The notes under the pieces were generated by a model, which was not told the DNA's origin, searched no databases, and was given only the letters and a program-made list of their open reading frames with translations. Positions 29,236-39,597 of a DNA stretch of 64,000 bases are shown one piece after another. Position 1 is the stretch's first letter. The number at the start of each line of letters is the position of its first letter. The translations under genes and the position numbers were made by a program. Where the stretch lies: the IMG/VR virus record IMGVR_UViG_3300021400_003815. One strand, given 5' to 3'. This DNA is from an uncultured virus (IMG/VR IMGVR_UViG_3300021400_003815). Lineage: Duplodnaviria > Heunggongvirae > Uroviricota > Caudoviricetes.

Positions 29236-29264
29236 ATTATATTACCTAACACCCTATTTGTCAA
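29236..29264 (-). promoter_or_regulatory. Consensus sigmaA promoter of hflKC
   Basis: TTGACA-17nt-TATAAT. Confidence 0.85.
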
Positions 29265-29289
29265 TATATTTTATTGAAATTTTTTCAAT

Positions 29290-29320
29290 AAAAAATGGGA
29301 CATTTTTAAATGCCCCATTT
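29290..29320 (-). terminator. Terminator
   Basis: Minus strand AAATGGGGCATTT...AAATGTCCCATTTTT. Confidence 0.75.
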
Positions 29321-29337
29321 AACTATAACTATTGTAT

Positions 29338-30219
29338 TTACTGCCCACCATACTTATTAGCAAGTATCTGTTTAAACTCTTTAGATGTCACAATCTGTAT
29401 ATCATAACCCTTTTCCTGCATTCTCAGAGCTTTCTTATACTTATTACTGCCTGTATCTCCATCAGCTATTAGATAACTAACTTCACCAGTAACACTATTT
29501 AATCTTACTATACTTACCTTGCCTTCATACATAAGATTAAGTTCATTTACAAATGCTGATTTATTACTATATCCTTCAACACTATCTGTTATAGCTATCT
29601 GTAATCTATCCCCAGACTTCTTTTTAATATTGAAGTATTGCTCTGCAAACTGCAATTCTGCTTTATAGTCCATCAGAGTATTATAGATGTTAACAGCCAT
29701 AACACCTGAACCACCACTTTTCTGTCCAAGCTTTTCAGCTATAAATGGAACCTGATACTTCTCAATATCAGCATAAGCATCAGTTATATTATCATACTCA
29801 CCAAATAACTTATATGCTATGGTATCAATTCCAGGTATACCACCATAGGCCACCATCTGCCACAATTCACAGTTAATAGCTGGACTATGTGTTATTCCAT
29901 AAACTTTCTTATCAAAGGCTGCTACACCCTCTGGAGCCGCTTTGCCCTCTAATAAAAATACTTGATATGGTGACTTCAACTTATATGCTGAACAAATAGC
30001 TTCACAGGTACTTTCACCAAATCCATCAGCCTGCATTGCTTTAGCCATGCCCTCTAATCTAAATGCAATCTTATGATAACATCTTGGATTAGAACACATA
30101 ATCTGTTTTAAACTGTCTGAGAATACTACTTCAGCTCCACACTCACAAGTTTCTGGTATAATATCTAGTATATCAGGGTCAATTAACTGATTGTTCTCAA
30201 CTTCTTCACGAGTAAACAT
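29338..30219 (-). CDS. ligA: NAD-dependent DNA ligase, C-terminal half (Zn finger, HhH, BRCT)
   Basis: IPETCECG...IMCSNPRC Zn finger; DGFGE and GIPGID HhH motifs; IAITDS...SVTGEVSYLI...GSNKYKKA...IQIVT BRCT; own GGAGG RBS. Confidence 0.8.
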   Translation of the reverse strand: MFTREEVENNQLIDPDILDIIPETCECGAEVVFSDSLKQIMCSNPRCYHKIAFRLEGMAKAMQADGFGESTCEAICSAYKLKSPYQVFLLEGKAAPEGVAAFDKKVYGITHSPAINCELWQMVAYGGIPGIDTIAYKLFGEYDNITDAYADIEKYQVPFIAEKLGQKSGGSGVMAVNIYNTLMDYKAELQFAEQYFNIKKKSGDRLQIAITDSVEGYSNKSAFVNELNLMYEGKVSIVRLNSVTGEVSYLIADGDTGSNKYKKALRMQEKGYDIQIVTSKEFKQILANKYGGQ

Positions 30220-30268
30220 TTATATCAACCTCCACAAAAATTTTAAATAATTCTTTTCCTATAAATAC

Positions 30269-30305
30269 ATAAGAGGTACACAATTTCATTATGTGTACCT
30301 CTTAT
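30269..30305 (-). terminator. Hairpin ending the pilin cluster
   Basis: TAAGAGGTACACA/TGTGTACCTCTTA inverted repeat. Confidence 0.75.
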
Positions 30306-30319
30306 AAACCCTACATTAT

Positions 30320-31402
30320 TTAATCACCAGGTACTAATTCCTCACCAAGGTCTGTATTAATTAAATTATAGATATATGTGTAATCAGGTGTATATCCAGA
30401 TTGAGCCGCATCTTCAATAGTTGCAAATTTTTCTCTTACGTCCAATGTACTAATTACAGTGCTTGGTATTTGACTCTCATAGCAATATAATTTTCTATCT
30501 ACACCATTTATCTTTCTAACATATCCTATAACTTCAACTCTTCTAGCAACCTTAAAACCACCAAGTGATACTTGTCTCCTTGTAACTTTTCCTGTAAAGT
30601 CACCACCATTAAATATAAACAACAAACTTGGATAATTTATGCTATTTATACCTGACTCAGTGTCCTTCATAGGAATATAAAAATTATATGTTACACCACC
30701 TTGCATCTGATATTTCTTTTCAATAGCATCTCTAAGATTATCAGTGATTGACTTACTTATTGCTCCTCTTACAAGTGTATCATTTATCTTATAACCTGTC
30801 AGCTTACTAGCATCTTCAGCTTTAGTATAGTCTGTAAAATATACTGGAGTTCCATTATTCTTTAGCAATATTCCTTGTCTATCTGCTAAATGCACACTAT
30901 AAACTCCTTTAATACCACTTGCTTTTTGTTCTGCTTCTGTCAATGCTTTTGAGTTATTATATACTGTTAAAGTATAAGGTCTTTTCAATGACCACATCAA
31001 AGGATGTATTGTATTCTTACTTTCATCCTGTATTGACTCAAAATCAGATATGTAATATCCATCATTACAAGCCATTAGAGCTGCTACTATATTATCTTCA
31101 ACAGCTTTCATATTTGCTTCACTAGTTGACATGTTATAATTTATACACATCATTCTTTCAAATATGTCTAATGAATTTTCAGGATTGAGTGTTATATTAT
31201 ACAAGTTGCTATAATCATTTTCAAGAGTTCCAGTATCTACAGCCTCAAGAAATGCTGCTTCAGTACAATAATCTAAAGCTGTGTCTAATCTCTTTGTATC
31301 AAATGCTTTATTTATCAAATCTGTTCTATTATAAGTTATTAACAATGTATAACTTAATATTACAAATGTTATTGTATTTAATATTGGTCCAAACCATTTC
31401 AT
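30320..31402 (-). CDS. Minor pilin-like protein (TadE/G-like)
   Basis: N-terminal hydrophobic helix then RLDTALDYCTEAA helix; last gene of the cluster. Confidence 0.55.
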   Translation of the reverse strand: MKWFGPILNTITFVILSYTLLITYNRTDLINKAFDTKRLDTALDYCTEAAFLEAVDTGTLENDYSNLYNITLNPENSLDIFERMMCINYNMSTSEANMKAVEDNIVAALMACNDGYYISDFESIQDESKNTIHPLMWSLKRPYTLTVYNNSKALTEAEQKASGIKGVYSVHLADRQGILLKNNGTPVYFTDYTKAEDASKLTGYKINDTLVRGAISKSITDNLRDAIEKKYQMQGGVTYNFYIPMKDTESGINSINYPSLLFIFNGGDFTGKVTRRQVSLGGFKVARRVEVIGYVRKINGVDRKLYCYESQIPSTVISTLDVREKFATIEDAAQSGYTPDYTYIYNLINTDLGEELVPGD

Positions 31403-31414
31403 ATTTAAACACCT

Positions 31415-31888
31415 TTAAGAAACTACCTTTGCAAATGTAAAATCTGTCTGCCTAAGCTCTATCTTTAATAATCCCCAATACAATTTACTAGCTGCATCTT
31501 TAGATATCTCCTTAACTGCAACTCTAACTGTATCACCCTTATTTAAGTTATGTACTACCTGACTCGGGTCAGTTGCTACATTAGCATCAGCAGATATATA
31601 CATTGTTTTCATTTTACCATCAGGAGTTACTACACTTGTTCTAACAAGTCTTGTTACTTCACAATCAATGGTTATTCCATGTGAGTTAAGATTCATATTA
31701 AGCTCATCTATATCAGCTTGTGTTATCTTACCCTTATCTGTGACCTTATCCAAAAACTCTGAAGTCTCATTCATTATTGATAGCTGAGCTGCACCTCTAT
31801 CATTCAAGAAACTTAAATTTATAGGACCTAACACTAATATTAAGAAAGCCAGCATTAAACTAAATATAGTATTCAAATAATTTGTCAT
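31415..31888 (-). CDS. Pilin-like protein
   Basis: 157 aa, N-terminal TM helix plus small alpha/beta domain; within the Tad-like locus. Confidence 0.55.
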   Translation of the reverse strand: MTNYLNTIFSLMLAFLILVLGPINLSFLNDRGAAQLSIMNETSEFLDKVTDKGKITQADIDELNMNLNSHGITIDCEVTRLVRTSVVTPDGKMKTMYISADANVATDPSQVVHNLNKGDTVRVAVKEISKDAASKLYWGLLKIELRQTDFTFAKVVS

Positions 31889-31907
31889 TTCATATCTCCA
31901 AATCTAC

Positions 31908-32450
31908 TCAGTCTACTTGTTTTATTTCAAATGTCTCTACATTAGATACATTTTTATTTATTACATTTACATCTCCCTCATCTGATTCACCAGTACCAAG
32001 CTTAATGCTACCATTTTCATTTAATAAGTATGCTCGTTCTTGCTTATATGTCTTTGTATAACTTACATCAAACTTAGTATTATCACCATTTGAACCTATA
32101 GCTTGCCACATAGCTTGCAAATAAGAATATTGAGCACTTCTACTTAAACTATTTATCTCTAACAGGTTACCGTTATAACCTAATGATTTAGGAGAAGGCA
32201 TCATACTGTCTTGTATTTGAGTCATTAGCACAACCTCATATTTATTAAGTGTACCTGCTTTCTCATTATGTAATGCAACTTTGCTACCTACTATATCATT
32301 TGTATTTTTATCTTCATATATGTAGCTAGAACTTGTTTTGCTTATATGATTTTCAGAATTAGCTAGTGTCATAACTCCAATTCCAAGAGACACACCCATA
32401 ATCAATATAAGTAGCATAGCCTCAAATATATCACTTGAGTTCTTATCCAT
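31908..32450 (-). CDS. Pilin-like protein
   Basis: MDKNSSDIFEAMLLILIMG N-terminus paralogous to neighbours. Confidence 0.6.
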   Translation of the reverse strand: MDKNSSDIFEAMLLILIMGVSLGIGVMTLANSENHISKTSSSYIYEDKNTNDIVGSKVALHNEKAGTLNKYEVVLMTQIQDSMMPSPKSLGYNGNLLEINSLSRSAQYSYLQAMWQAIGSNGDNTKFDVSYTKTYKQERAYLLNENGSIKLGTGESDEGDVNVINKNVSNVETFEIKQVD

Positions 32451-32470
32451 AAACTCTCACCACCCTATAT

Positions 32471-32884
32471 TTAATCTATGTTGTCTACAGTTATATTATA
32501 TAATGATGTTGAAGGGTCAAACTCAACACTCATTTTACACCTGCCTGTTAAGTGACTTCCTATACAAGTCTTTTCATTTGCCTTATATGTATGCTCTCTA
32601 CCATCAGAATGTAGATTTGTAATCTTACAGGTTATTGTTCCAATAACATTAGCATTTGTATTGATTATATTATAAGCTGTAGCCATACTCATTTCTTTAC
32701 TATCATCTCTCAAATCTATAAGAGCTGCTGAATCCATCTCCATTTGCATCTTGTCAACTTTATTAGCAAAGTTATTTTTATACCCGTTACCTATTACTAC
32801 TAGATACATAACTAATCCAATAGCTGCTCCAAGTAATACAAAGGTAGCTCCAGCCCATATAGCATCTCTAGCATTATTACCCAT
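32471..32884 (-). CDS. Pilin-like protein
   Basis: MGNNARDAIWAG N-terminus closely similar to 34793-35539. Confidence 0.65.
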   Translation of the reverse strand: MGNNARDAIWAGATFVLLGAAIGLVMYLVVIGNGYKNNFANKVDKMQMEMDSAALIDLRDDSKEMSMATAYNIINTNANVIGTITCKITNLHSDGREHTYKANEKTCIGSHLTGRCKMSVEFDPSTSLYNITVDNID

Positions 32885-32899
32885 ATCTTAATACTCCAA

Positions 32900-33700
32900 T
32901 CATAAATGTTCCCATACTGCATATAATGTAACTGTTGCTCCATCTACAGAAGTTAACATTGAACCATCAGCTTCATCTTCTAACTCCACAGGACCTCCAG
33001 CTTTTCTACTCCAACCTATAAACCTATATCCTGCTTTAGAAAATATATTCTCTAACAAAGGAGTTGCTGACTCATAAACCATTGTCTGCACAGGCATTTC
33101 AACTATAGCAGATATACCTGTATCATTTCCATTACCATTAAATTTTATCTTATAACTTACTGTATTATCAAATATAAACTTTAAATCTCTTACATCATAT
33201 CCCTCGATGTGACTATAATACACTGAATCAGTAATTCCAATATCACTGTTTAGTATTATATGGTCAGTAAGATATTTCAAAGTCCATATCTCATCTCCAT
33301 CTTTACCAGCATCAAATAGTTGTCTAGCTACATCACCACTATATTCTCTATATTTCTTTCCGTTGAGTTCTACAATACCAATTCCTGTCTCACTCTCATC
33401 TTTAACAGCTACATAGTACTTAAACTCATCATTATACTTTAATATAAGATTTACTATATCTGAACCAGATACTTTTCTTTTACTATGTAGCCCATCAACT
33501 TCTCCGCCATCTTGTGTTTTATTACTGAATTTATATATTAGCTGCTGTAATTCAAATTCTCTTACAGCTGCTTGATTCATTTCTCTACTCTTTATTATTC
33601 CTTTTCCAACACCATTTAAGTATATCAGAAATAACATTACAGTTGAGAATATCATAGCTAGTACTCCAACCTTCAGTAATGTACTTGAATTTTTCTCCAT
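32900..33700 (-). CDS. Pilin-like protein with C-terminal InlB B-repeat (Listeria-Bacteroides repeat)
   Basis: MEKNSSTLLKVG N-terminus; YKIKFNGNG...FSKAGYRFIGWS...GATVTLYAVWE. Confidence 0.7.
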   Translation of the reverse strand: MEKNSSTLLKVGVLAMIFSTVMLFLIYLNGVGKGIIKSREMNQAAVREFELQQLIYKFSNKTQDGGEVDGLHSKRKVSGSDIVNLILKYNDEFKYYVAVKDESETGIGIVELNGKKYREYSGDVARQLFDAGKDGDEIWTLKYLTDHIILNSDIGITDSVYYSHIEGYDVRDLKFIFDNTVSYKIKFNGNGNDTGISAIVEMPVQTMVYESATPLLENIFSKAGYRFIGWSRKAGGPVELEDEADGSMLTSVDGATVTLYAVWEHL

Positions 33701-33721
33701 ATCTTCTACCTAATAAACTTA

Positions 33722-34138
33722 TCAGTCTTTTATCTCTTTTATTACCGGAACTAATGTAACATTCTCAGCCCAGCATGTTTTATTCACTTTCTTTCTAATG
33801 TTATCATAATCTTCTATCTTGATTCCCCTAGCCTTTAATATGCTAGGTGTTGTATAAAATGTTCCATCTTTATTTAACTGTCTTAAATAACACTCTCTGT
33901 ATCCACTATATATTAACTTCATAGCTAATACAGTTTTCTTAAGTATCTTTCTGTTTTCCTCAGAGTCTATAATCCAAAGACCTGATATACACTCAGGACT
34001 TAACAGAAGCTTTCCACCATGCTTTATATATTCAAGTGCCGCCTCTTGGTCACAACTGAATACATTATAATTAGGATTAGCCTTTACTATCTTTAAACCT
34101 GTGCCCTTAAAATCTACTATTGATATACCTTGTACCAT
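33722..34138 (-). CDS. Hypothetical cytoplasmic protein within the pilin cluster
   Basis: 138 aa, no TM helix. Confidence 0.65.
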   Translation of the reverse strand: MVQGISIVDFKGTGLKIVKANPNYNVFSCDQEAALEYIKHGGKLLLSPECISGLWIIDSEENRKILKKTVLAMKLIYSGYRECYLRQLNKDGTFYTTPSILKARGIKIEDYDNIRKKVNKTCWAENVTLVPVIKEIKD

Positions 34139-34155
34139 ATTATATTACTTCCTTT

Positions 34156-34662
34156 TTAATTATTTCTTACAAACTTTACTGCTATACCTGTTACTTCTTT
34201 GTAACCATCTGAACTTTGATATGATGTAATTTTCTTTGGGTCAGCTCCATTATAACAAAGATATGTATGGAACTCTGCCTTAGGAGATATCAACTTTTGT
34301 AAATTCTCATAAGAATATAATGTCTTGTTCTTTACATATTCACTATGATTACATGTCAAACTTCTACCTGAACCAGACGTTTTATCAATGTAAATAGTAA
34401 AATCAGTGTTATAATACTTTCTTATAAGCTCTATTAATTCATCCCCATAGATATGGTCTTTAGCTGATGCATTATAATCTCCCATATCATATTTGTTAAA
34501 TTCTCTGAAATTAGCCATTTGCTGATTTACTAGAGTCTTGCTATTAATTATATTAGCATACTTATTTTTAAGCTGTACACCAAATAAAAATATTAACATT
34601 ATAGAACCTAGTATTGCTAAGCTAAATCCTAACATCAATGTATCTCTTGAGCTGTCAACCAT
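34156..34662 (-). CDS. Pilin-like protein
   Basis: MVDSSRDTLMLG N-terminus; FNKYD...IYGDELIELIRKY motif shared with paralogs. Confidence 0.65.
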   Translation of the reverse strand: MVDSSRDTLMLGFSLAILGSIMLIFLFGVQLKNKYANIINSKTLVNQQMANFREFNKYDMGDYNASAKDHIYGDELIELIRKYYNTDFTIYIDKTSGSGRSLTCNHSEYVKNKTLYSYENLQKLISPKAEFHTYLCYNGADPKKITSYQSSDGYKEVTGIAVKFVRNN

Positions 34663-34693
34663 TTTCTTTCATCTCCTTCCATCTCCTTTACAT

Positions 34694-34728
34694 AAAAGAA
34701 ACTCAGTACATAATATACTGAGTTTCTT
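34694..34728 (-). terminator. Terminator/attenuator after the putative major pilin
   Basis: AAGAAACTCAGTA/TACTGAGTTTCTT stem with T tail; second hairpin TATACTGAA/TTCAGTATA near 34734-34757. Confidence 0.75.
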
Positions 34729-34792
34729 CTTCATATACTGAAACTCCATTCAGTATATCATTATTCAATTTTTTAAAACTTTTAATTCTTAA

Positions 34793-35539
34793 TTACTTCT
34801 TCTCAGAAATCTGGATGAATACTACTCCACAATATGCTCCAGAAGCATCCTTAACAACATAGCTGTTAAATCTTGATGTAGGAGCGATGTACTCTAACAT
34901 ACCAGTCTTTGAGAAATTCTTAATAATTCTGTTCTTCTGAATTACTGAGTTCTCTACTGTGAAACCAGCCTGGCAATAGAACTGACCTTCTCTGAAAAGA
35001 AGCTTGTTACCATTTGAACCACTTGATGCTGCACCAGTATCAAGTAAGCTACCATAGTTGATTAAGTAACAATCAACACTATTGTTTATAGCACCATCAA
35101 CCTTAAATTTTCCGTCTAAACCAGTTATACCATTTGCACTGTCGTTATTAAATACGTATACCTTCTTAAGATATCCACCCTGTGAATCAGCTGTCTGAAG
35201 TCTACTATTCTTATCTCCATAAGCATCAGTAATTCCCTTGCCAGTAGATACACCGGAACCTTTGCTATCAATAAGCTGTGATGTTCCGATAAGAACTGCT
35301 ACATCACTATCTGAGAATGTGTTGTAAGCTGAAACAACCTGTGTACCTGTTACTACCTTCTGGTCGAAATCAGTAAAATCACTGTCCTGCAGTGCAGTTA
35401 CTGTTTTCTGAACTCTGTTTGTACCTGTATTCATAAGTGTCTTACCAATTACGAATACTAGAATAATAATTGCGATAATGGCTGCTGCCATTGTCAAGTT
35501 GGAACCGGTAAATATACCTTCTCTTGCATTGTCACCCAT
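34793..35539 (-). CDS. Putative major pilin-like subunit
   Basis: MGDNAREGIFTG plus hydrophobic helix; FTDFDQKVVTGTQVVSAY; strong AAAGGAG RBS; first of the cluster and followed by a terminator. Confidence 0.65.
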   Translation of the reverse strand: MGDNAREGIFTGSNLTMAAAIIAIIILVFVIGKTLMNTGTNRVQKTVTALQDSDFTDFDQKVVTGTQVVSAYNTFSDSDVAVLIGTSQLIDSKGSGVSTGKGITDAYGDKNSRLQTADSQGGYLKKVYVFNNDSANGITGLDGKFKVDGAINNSVDCYLINYGSLLDTGAASSGSNGNKLLFREGQFYCQAGFTVENSVIQKNRIIKNFSKTGMLEYIAPTSRFNSYVVKDASGAYCGVVFIQISEKK

Positions 35540-35692
35540 ACGTTAACTTCTCCTTTATAAATTTTTTGAGTGTATTTTTGTATAAATTCATATCTTCTTC
35601 TAATAATATAATCAATATTAATTTATACACACATTTACACCGTACAGCCTATTCTAAACACCCTCGTTTTATAAAGAAGATTATAACATTTA

Positions 35693-37705
35693 TTACAAAT
35701 TCGTCATTTGAGTTGCAAGCTTCTGAATCTCTGATATACCTAAAACAATTATAGGATATAGCACTGTACCAATTACTAAGCTATAATTAGGAATCTTTAT
35801 GTACATATCACATAAGTTCTTGTTCTCATCAATTGTTTTCAATGCTGTCATCTTTTTAATACTGTTTATGTATTCTCTTTCAATTATCATATCACTGAAA
35901 GCTTCTTTTAGACTCAAATCACTGATGGTTAACTTTAACTTATCTATGAATCTCTTAAACTCTACAATGTTAGTTTTACTTGATAACCTAGCCAATTCCA
36001 ATTCAGGATTAGAAGGAAATCCATGATAACAGTATGTCAGCATATCTTTATGTATCTTAGATATTTCAGTCATCTGTTCCAAAGCTTCAAGTGTATCACA
36101 GTTACTTGTCATAAGAATAGTCATCAATGTTTGAAGCTGCATGAAATCTTCTTCAGCCTCTGTCTTTACCAGCTTTGTTCTAAGATTAAGATGCTTATTA
36201 GGAATAAACCAGCCAAATAAAGCTACTACAAAGACAACTATTAAATAATAGAACTTCCAACCTATTGACTTAAGAGTCTCATATTTCTTTATAATTCTTG
36301 TTGCTTGGTCTCCTTGCTCCATACCTGTTAAACCAGATACATGATTTGCAACAAACTCTGTTGCTTCCTCAAGCTCCATTACCTTACCTCGTGCATCACA
36401 CTCAGCTATAAAGGCATTATCCATTGCTAATAGTTCTTCTTCTGAAGGTCCTTTTTCATTTACAGAAGAATCAGCTATCAAACCTATACTAGCTGTTGAA
36501 TTAACTAGTACATTATAGGAAATCTGAGGTGTACTTATAACAAGCATTAATGACAATGCACCAAGTGTAATAGCTAATACAAGCTTCTCTAAATAAAACT
36601 CAAGTATTGTTTTCTTACTAAGTGCTTTATCTAACTTCTGTTGAACTAATCTTCTCTTTGCGTTCTTAGGAGCATATCCTGCAACAAAGTTGTGTATCAC
36701 TCTATTTTTCAACAAGTTACTAACAAATTCGTTTCTGTCATTCTCTTGCATTGTTTGCATTGTGTTTATCTCACTAACAACGCTATAAACAATTATAGAT
36801 GATAACAATATAAATACTCTGATACCATAACCTATTAAACTTGAGTAAATTACAAATGTTCCTGGCATCATCTTAGTGATTGCCATTTCAATTATCTTGA
36901 TTAGGAACAACGGAGCTAATGCTAAATTCTCCATATTACCGAACTTAGACTTTTTATACTGTATTCTTTCAAGCTCTAAGTTTATATCGGTACTCATTAA
37001 TGTAAGTGCTTGTATGAAACTTGATTGTCCATGTGAATCAACTTCATCACCTATATTTGCTACGTTATAACATACACGAGCTAATGTCTGTACAGTTCTA
37101 AATGGTGTTCTCTGTATGAACTCTTGAAGTCTTATCTCACCATTACTGTTTGATAAAATATTTTGAATGTCATTAATAGATATCTTTAATCTATCTCCAA
37201 CTTCACACTCCTGTATAGCTTCTGTAACACTGTTCAGTCTTAAATACTCTTGTCTTAATGAAGATATTGTCACTCTTAACTCTTTATATACTTCAAAATA
37301 AACTCTGTCTATCTTCTTATATATCAAGTTATTACTTATAACAGCTGAGAATGCAAAACATACTAGTAAACTAACTATATCTCTATAGAGTGCTAATGTA
37401 ACACCTATTATGAATATCATAGCCGCCATAGATGTTAAATAATAACTAGCAGCTGTAGCATACATATCTCTAGTAGAATATGTACATGTCATTCTGAGCT
37501 GTTCTGTAATCTTTCTTAGCTTATTACCACTAAGAGGAAATGCATATAGCTTCTTATAAGCCCAGAGTAAAATCTTTATTTTTTTATTTTTTCCCTTTTT
37601 TCCTTTAAAGTTCTTCTTATAAACTCCAACCAGCATAAAGGCTGATAGTCCAACAGCTATTGCACAGCCAAGAAGAATTAAATCAGATACTTCTAAACCT
37701 AACAT
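35693..37705 (-). CDS. TadB/TadC-like (GspF-type) membrane platform protein, apparently fused
   Basis: 670-aa multi-pass protein with two cytoplasmic helical domains each followed by TM helices; downstream of the TadA-like ATPase. Confidence 0.7.
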   Translation of the reverse strand: MLGLEVSDLILLGCAIAVGLSAFMLVGVYKKNFKGKKGKNKKIKILLWAYKKLYAFPLSGNKLRKITEQLRMTCTYSTRDMYATAASYYLTSMAAMIFIIGVTLALYRDIVSLLVCFAFSAVISNNLIYKKIDRVYFEVYKELRVTISSLRQEYLRLNSVTEAIQECEVGDRLKISINDIQNILSNSNGEIRLQEFIQRTPFRTVQTLARVCYNVANIGDEVDSHGQSSFIQALTLMSTDINLELERIQYKKSKFGNMENLALAPLFLIKIIEMAITKMMPGTFVIYSSLIGYGIRVFILLSSIIVYSVVSEINTMQTMQENDRNEFVSNLLKNRVIHNFVAGYAPKNAKRRLVQQKLDKALSKKTILEFYLEKLVLAITLGALSLMLVISTPQISYNVLVNSTASIGLIADSSVNEKGPSEEELLAMDNAFIAECDARGKVMELEEATEFVANHVSGLTGMEQGDQATRIIKKYETLKSIGWKFYYLIVVFVVALFGWFIPNKHLNLRTKLVKTEAEEDFMQLQTLMTILMTSNCDTLEALEQMTEISKIHKDMLTYCYHGFPSNPELELARLSSKTNIVEFKRFIDKLKLTISDLSLKEAFSDMIIEREYINSIKKMTALKTIDENKNLCDMYIKIPNYSLVIGTVLYPIIVLGISEIQKLATQMTNL

Positions 37706-37716
37706 TTTGCTCTACC

Positions 37717-39510
37717 TTACTTATACCATACAAATTTGAAGTTTCCACAGTCATATATCCTAACATATCCAAGTCTGTTCATGGTTTCTTTTTCTGTCTC
37801 GCCGCTTATCTTAGAGTCACCAAGATTTTTTGCCTGTGCTTCATATCTAGATTTAACTTCATTTGTCTCTAGATTTACCCACTTATAATTAGGTTCTGTT
37901 ATACCCATCAGGTTAAATCCTAGCTTATTATAGATATTACCATCAAATTTTGTTATATCACAATAACTTAGTATGTTATTAGGTTTATATTCAGATAAGA
38001 ACTTAGCAAATAGTTTCTCTGTTCCACCAACAACAGCTACATCATATCTCCAACACAGTCTTATTAACTCCCACTCATAGCCACTATTAAATCTTGGTGC
38101 TCCAAATGACATTATACCTATTAAGTTATTTTTATAATAGCATCCATAAGTTACTGAAGCTTTTGCTCTGTTTTGAATATGATACTTGTCAGCAAATTCA
38201 TATCCAAGTGCATTTTCTATTCTCTGCACTGTGCACATTCTAGCATATATTTTAGTTAATTTGTCTCCATATATTTTATTGCTAAGTATATGCTTTATCT
38301 TTTCTCTAGTTAACTGATTATTCCACTCATACTCAAAGATATGAAACAATCTTACACCCTTACTCATTGCAAGTAGTGATTTATTTTTATGATAATCTTT
38401 ATCCTTTTTAAGTTCACTGTGCCAGTAGTTCCCATTAAACTCTATTCCGAACTTCAACTCAGGATAATATAAGTCTATTTCCTTTCCATCAAGCACATCC
38501 CTATCACCTACATGATTACAAGGATACATAGTCTGAAGTGCTTTTTCATAACCGCTCTCTTCTTGTATGCCTATCTTTACATAATCCGATATATCATACT
38601 TATTTATATAATCTTTAACAGTTCCCCTAGATATACCAAGCAATTCAGTAAGTTCATATATTGTAGGTTTTTCTTTAAATGTTTTCTTTATTTCAGCCAA
38701 AAGATTTTCTCTACTCTCTACAGCTTTCAACTGAGATTCTGTCCTTGTAGTTCCTATCTGTGAATGATGCCTAACTCCATATCTTATTAATTCAGTCTTT
38801 GCTCTATTGTCTCCCCTTTTGCACCCACATGACTTACTTAATCCATACTTTAAACTATGTGAATCTACCACACTGTACTTTCCACAAGTACATTTACATA
38901 CCCAGTATGTTCTTTTATCATCATTATTATCACTATGTGCTTGTTCGATTACCTGCCAATCTCCAAATGTCTGTCCTGTTAAATCAACAAGTCCTGTTGT
39001 ACTATGTCCACAGGACTTACTTAAACTATTTCTTAATTGATATCCAGTTAGCTCTCCTATATTACCGCATGAACATCTACATTTCCACTTAGCTTTATCT
39101 TTTAAATATTCAAGTACTGTCCACTCTCCAAATGTCTGTCCTTTTAAATCCTGAAATGCATTTGAATTACTATGTCCGCAACCCTTACTCTTTCCATTTC
39201 TTAAGTCTGAACCACTTACATCTCTGATTGTTCCACAAGAGCATCTGCACTTCCATTTTTTATTTCCTACATATTCAAGTACCGTCCATTCACCAAATGT
39301 CTGACCTGTTAAATCAATTCTTCCTTTAGGACTTTTACCTGTCTGACATACACATTTAGGAGCTTGTCTCTCTAAGAAATATTTATTAATAACTCTTTCT
39401 CTGTTACATAAGTTGCATACACAGTTATAATTACTTTTCCCTAAGTATTCTTTAACAAACCAGTTGTCTATTGTTTGATTTGTTAAGTCATTTTGTACTT
39501 TTCCACCCAT
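37717..39510 (-). mobile_element. Free-standing homing endonuclease-like gene (Cys-rich repeats, PD-(D/E)XK domain, GNAT/Mom-like C-terminus)
   Basis: Four DLxGQTFGxW...WKCRCSCG...SCG repeats, three spaced exactly 165 bp; EIDLYYPELKFGIEFNGNYWHS; IYARMC...WELIRL...SYCD...GNIYNKLGF. Confidence 0.8.
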
Positions 39511-39545
39511 ATTAATCCTTAAAACTCTTTCATTCTTTAAAATTT

Positions 39546-39575
39546 TAACAGCCTACACATTTATGTAGGCTGTTA
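39546..39575 (-). terminator. Hairpin between tadA-like gene and endonuclease
   Basis: TAACAGCCTACA/TGTAGGCTGTTA; U-tail is weak. Confidence 0.6.
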
Positions 39576-39597
39576 CTCATTAATTTTTCATCAAGCC

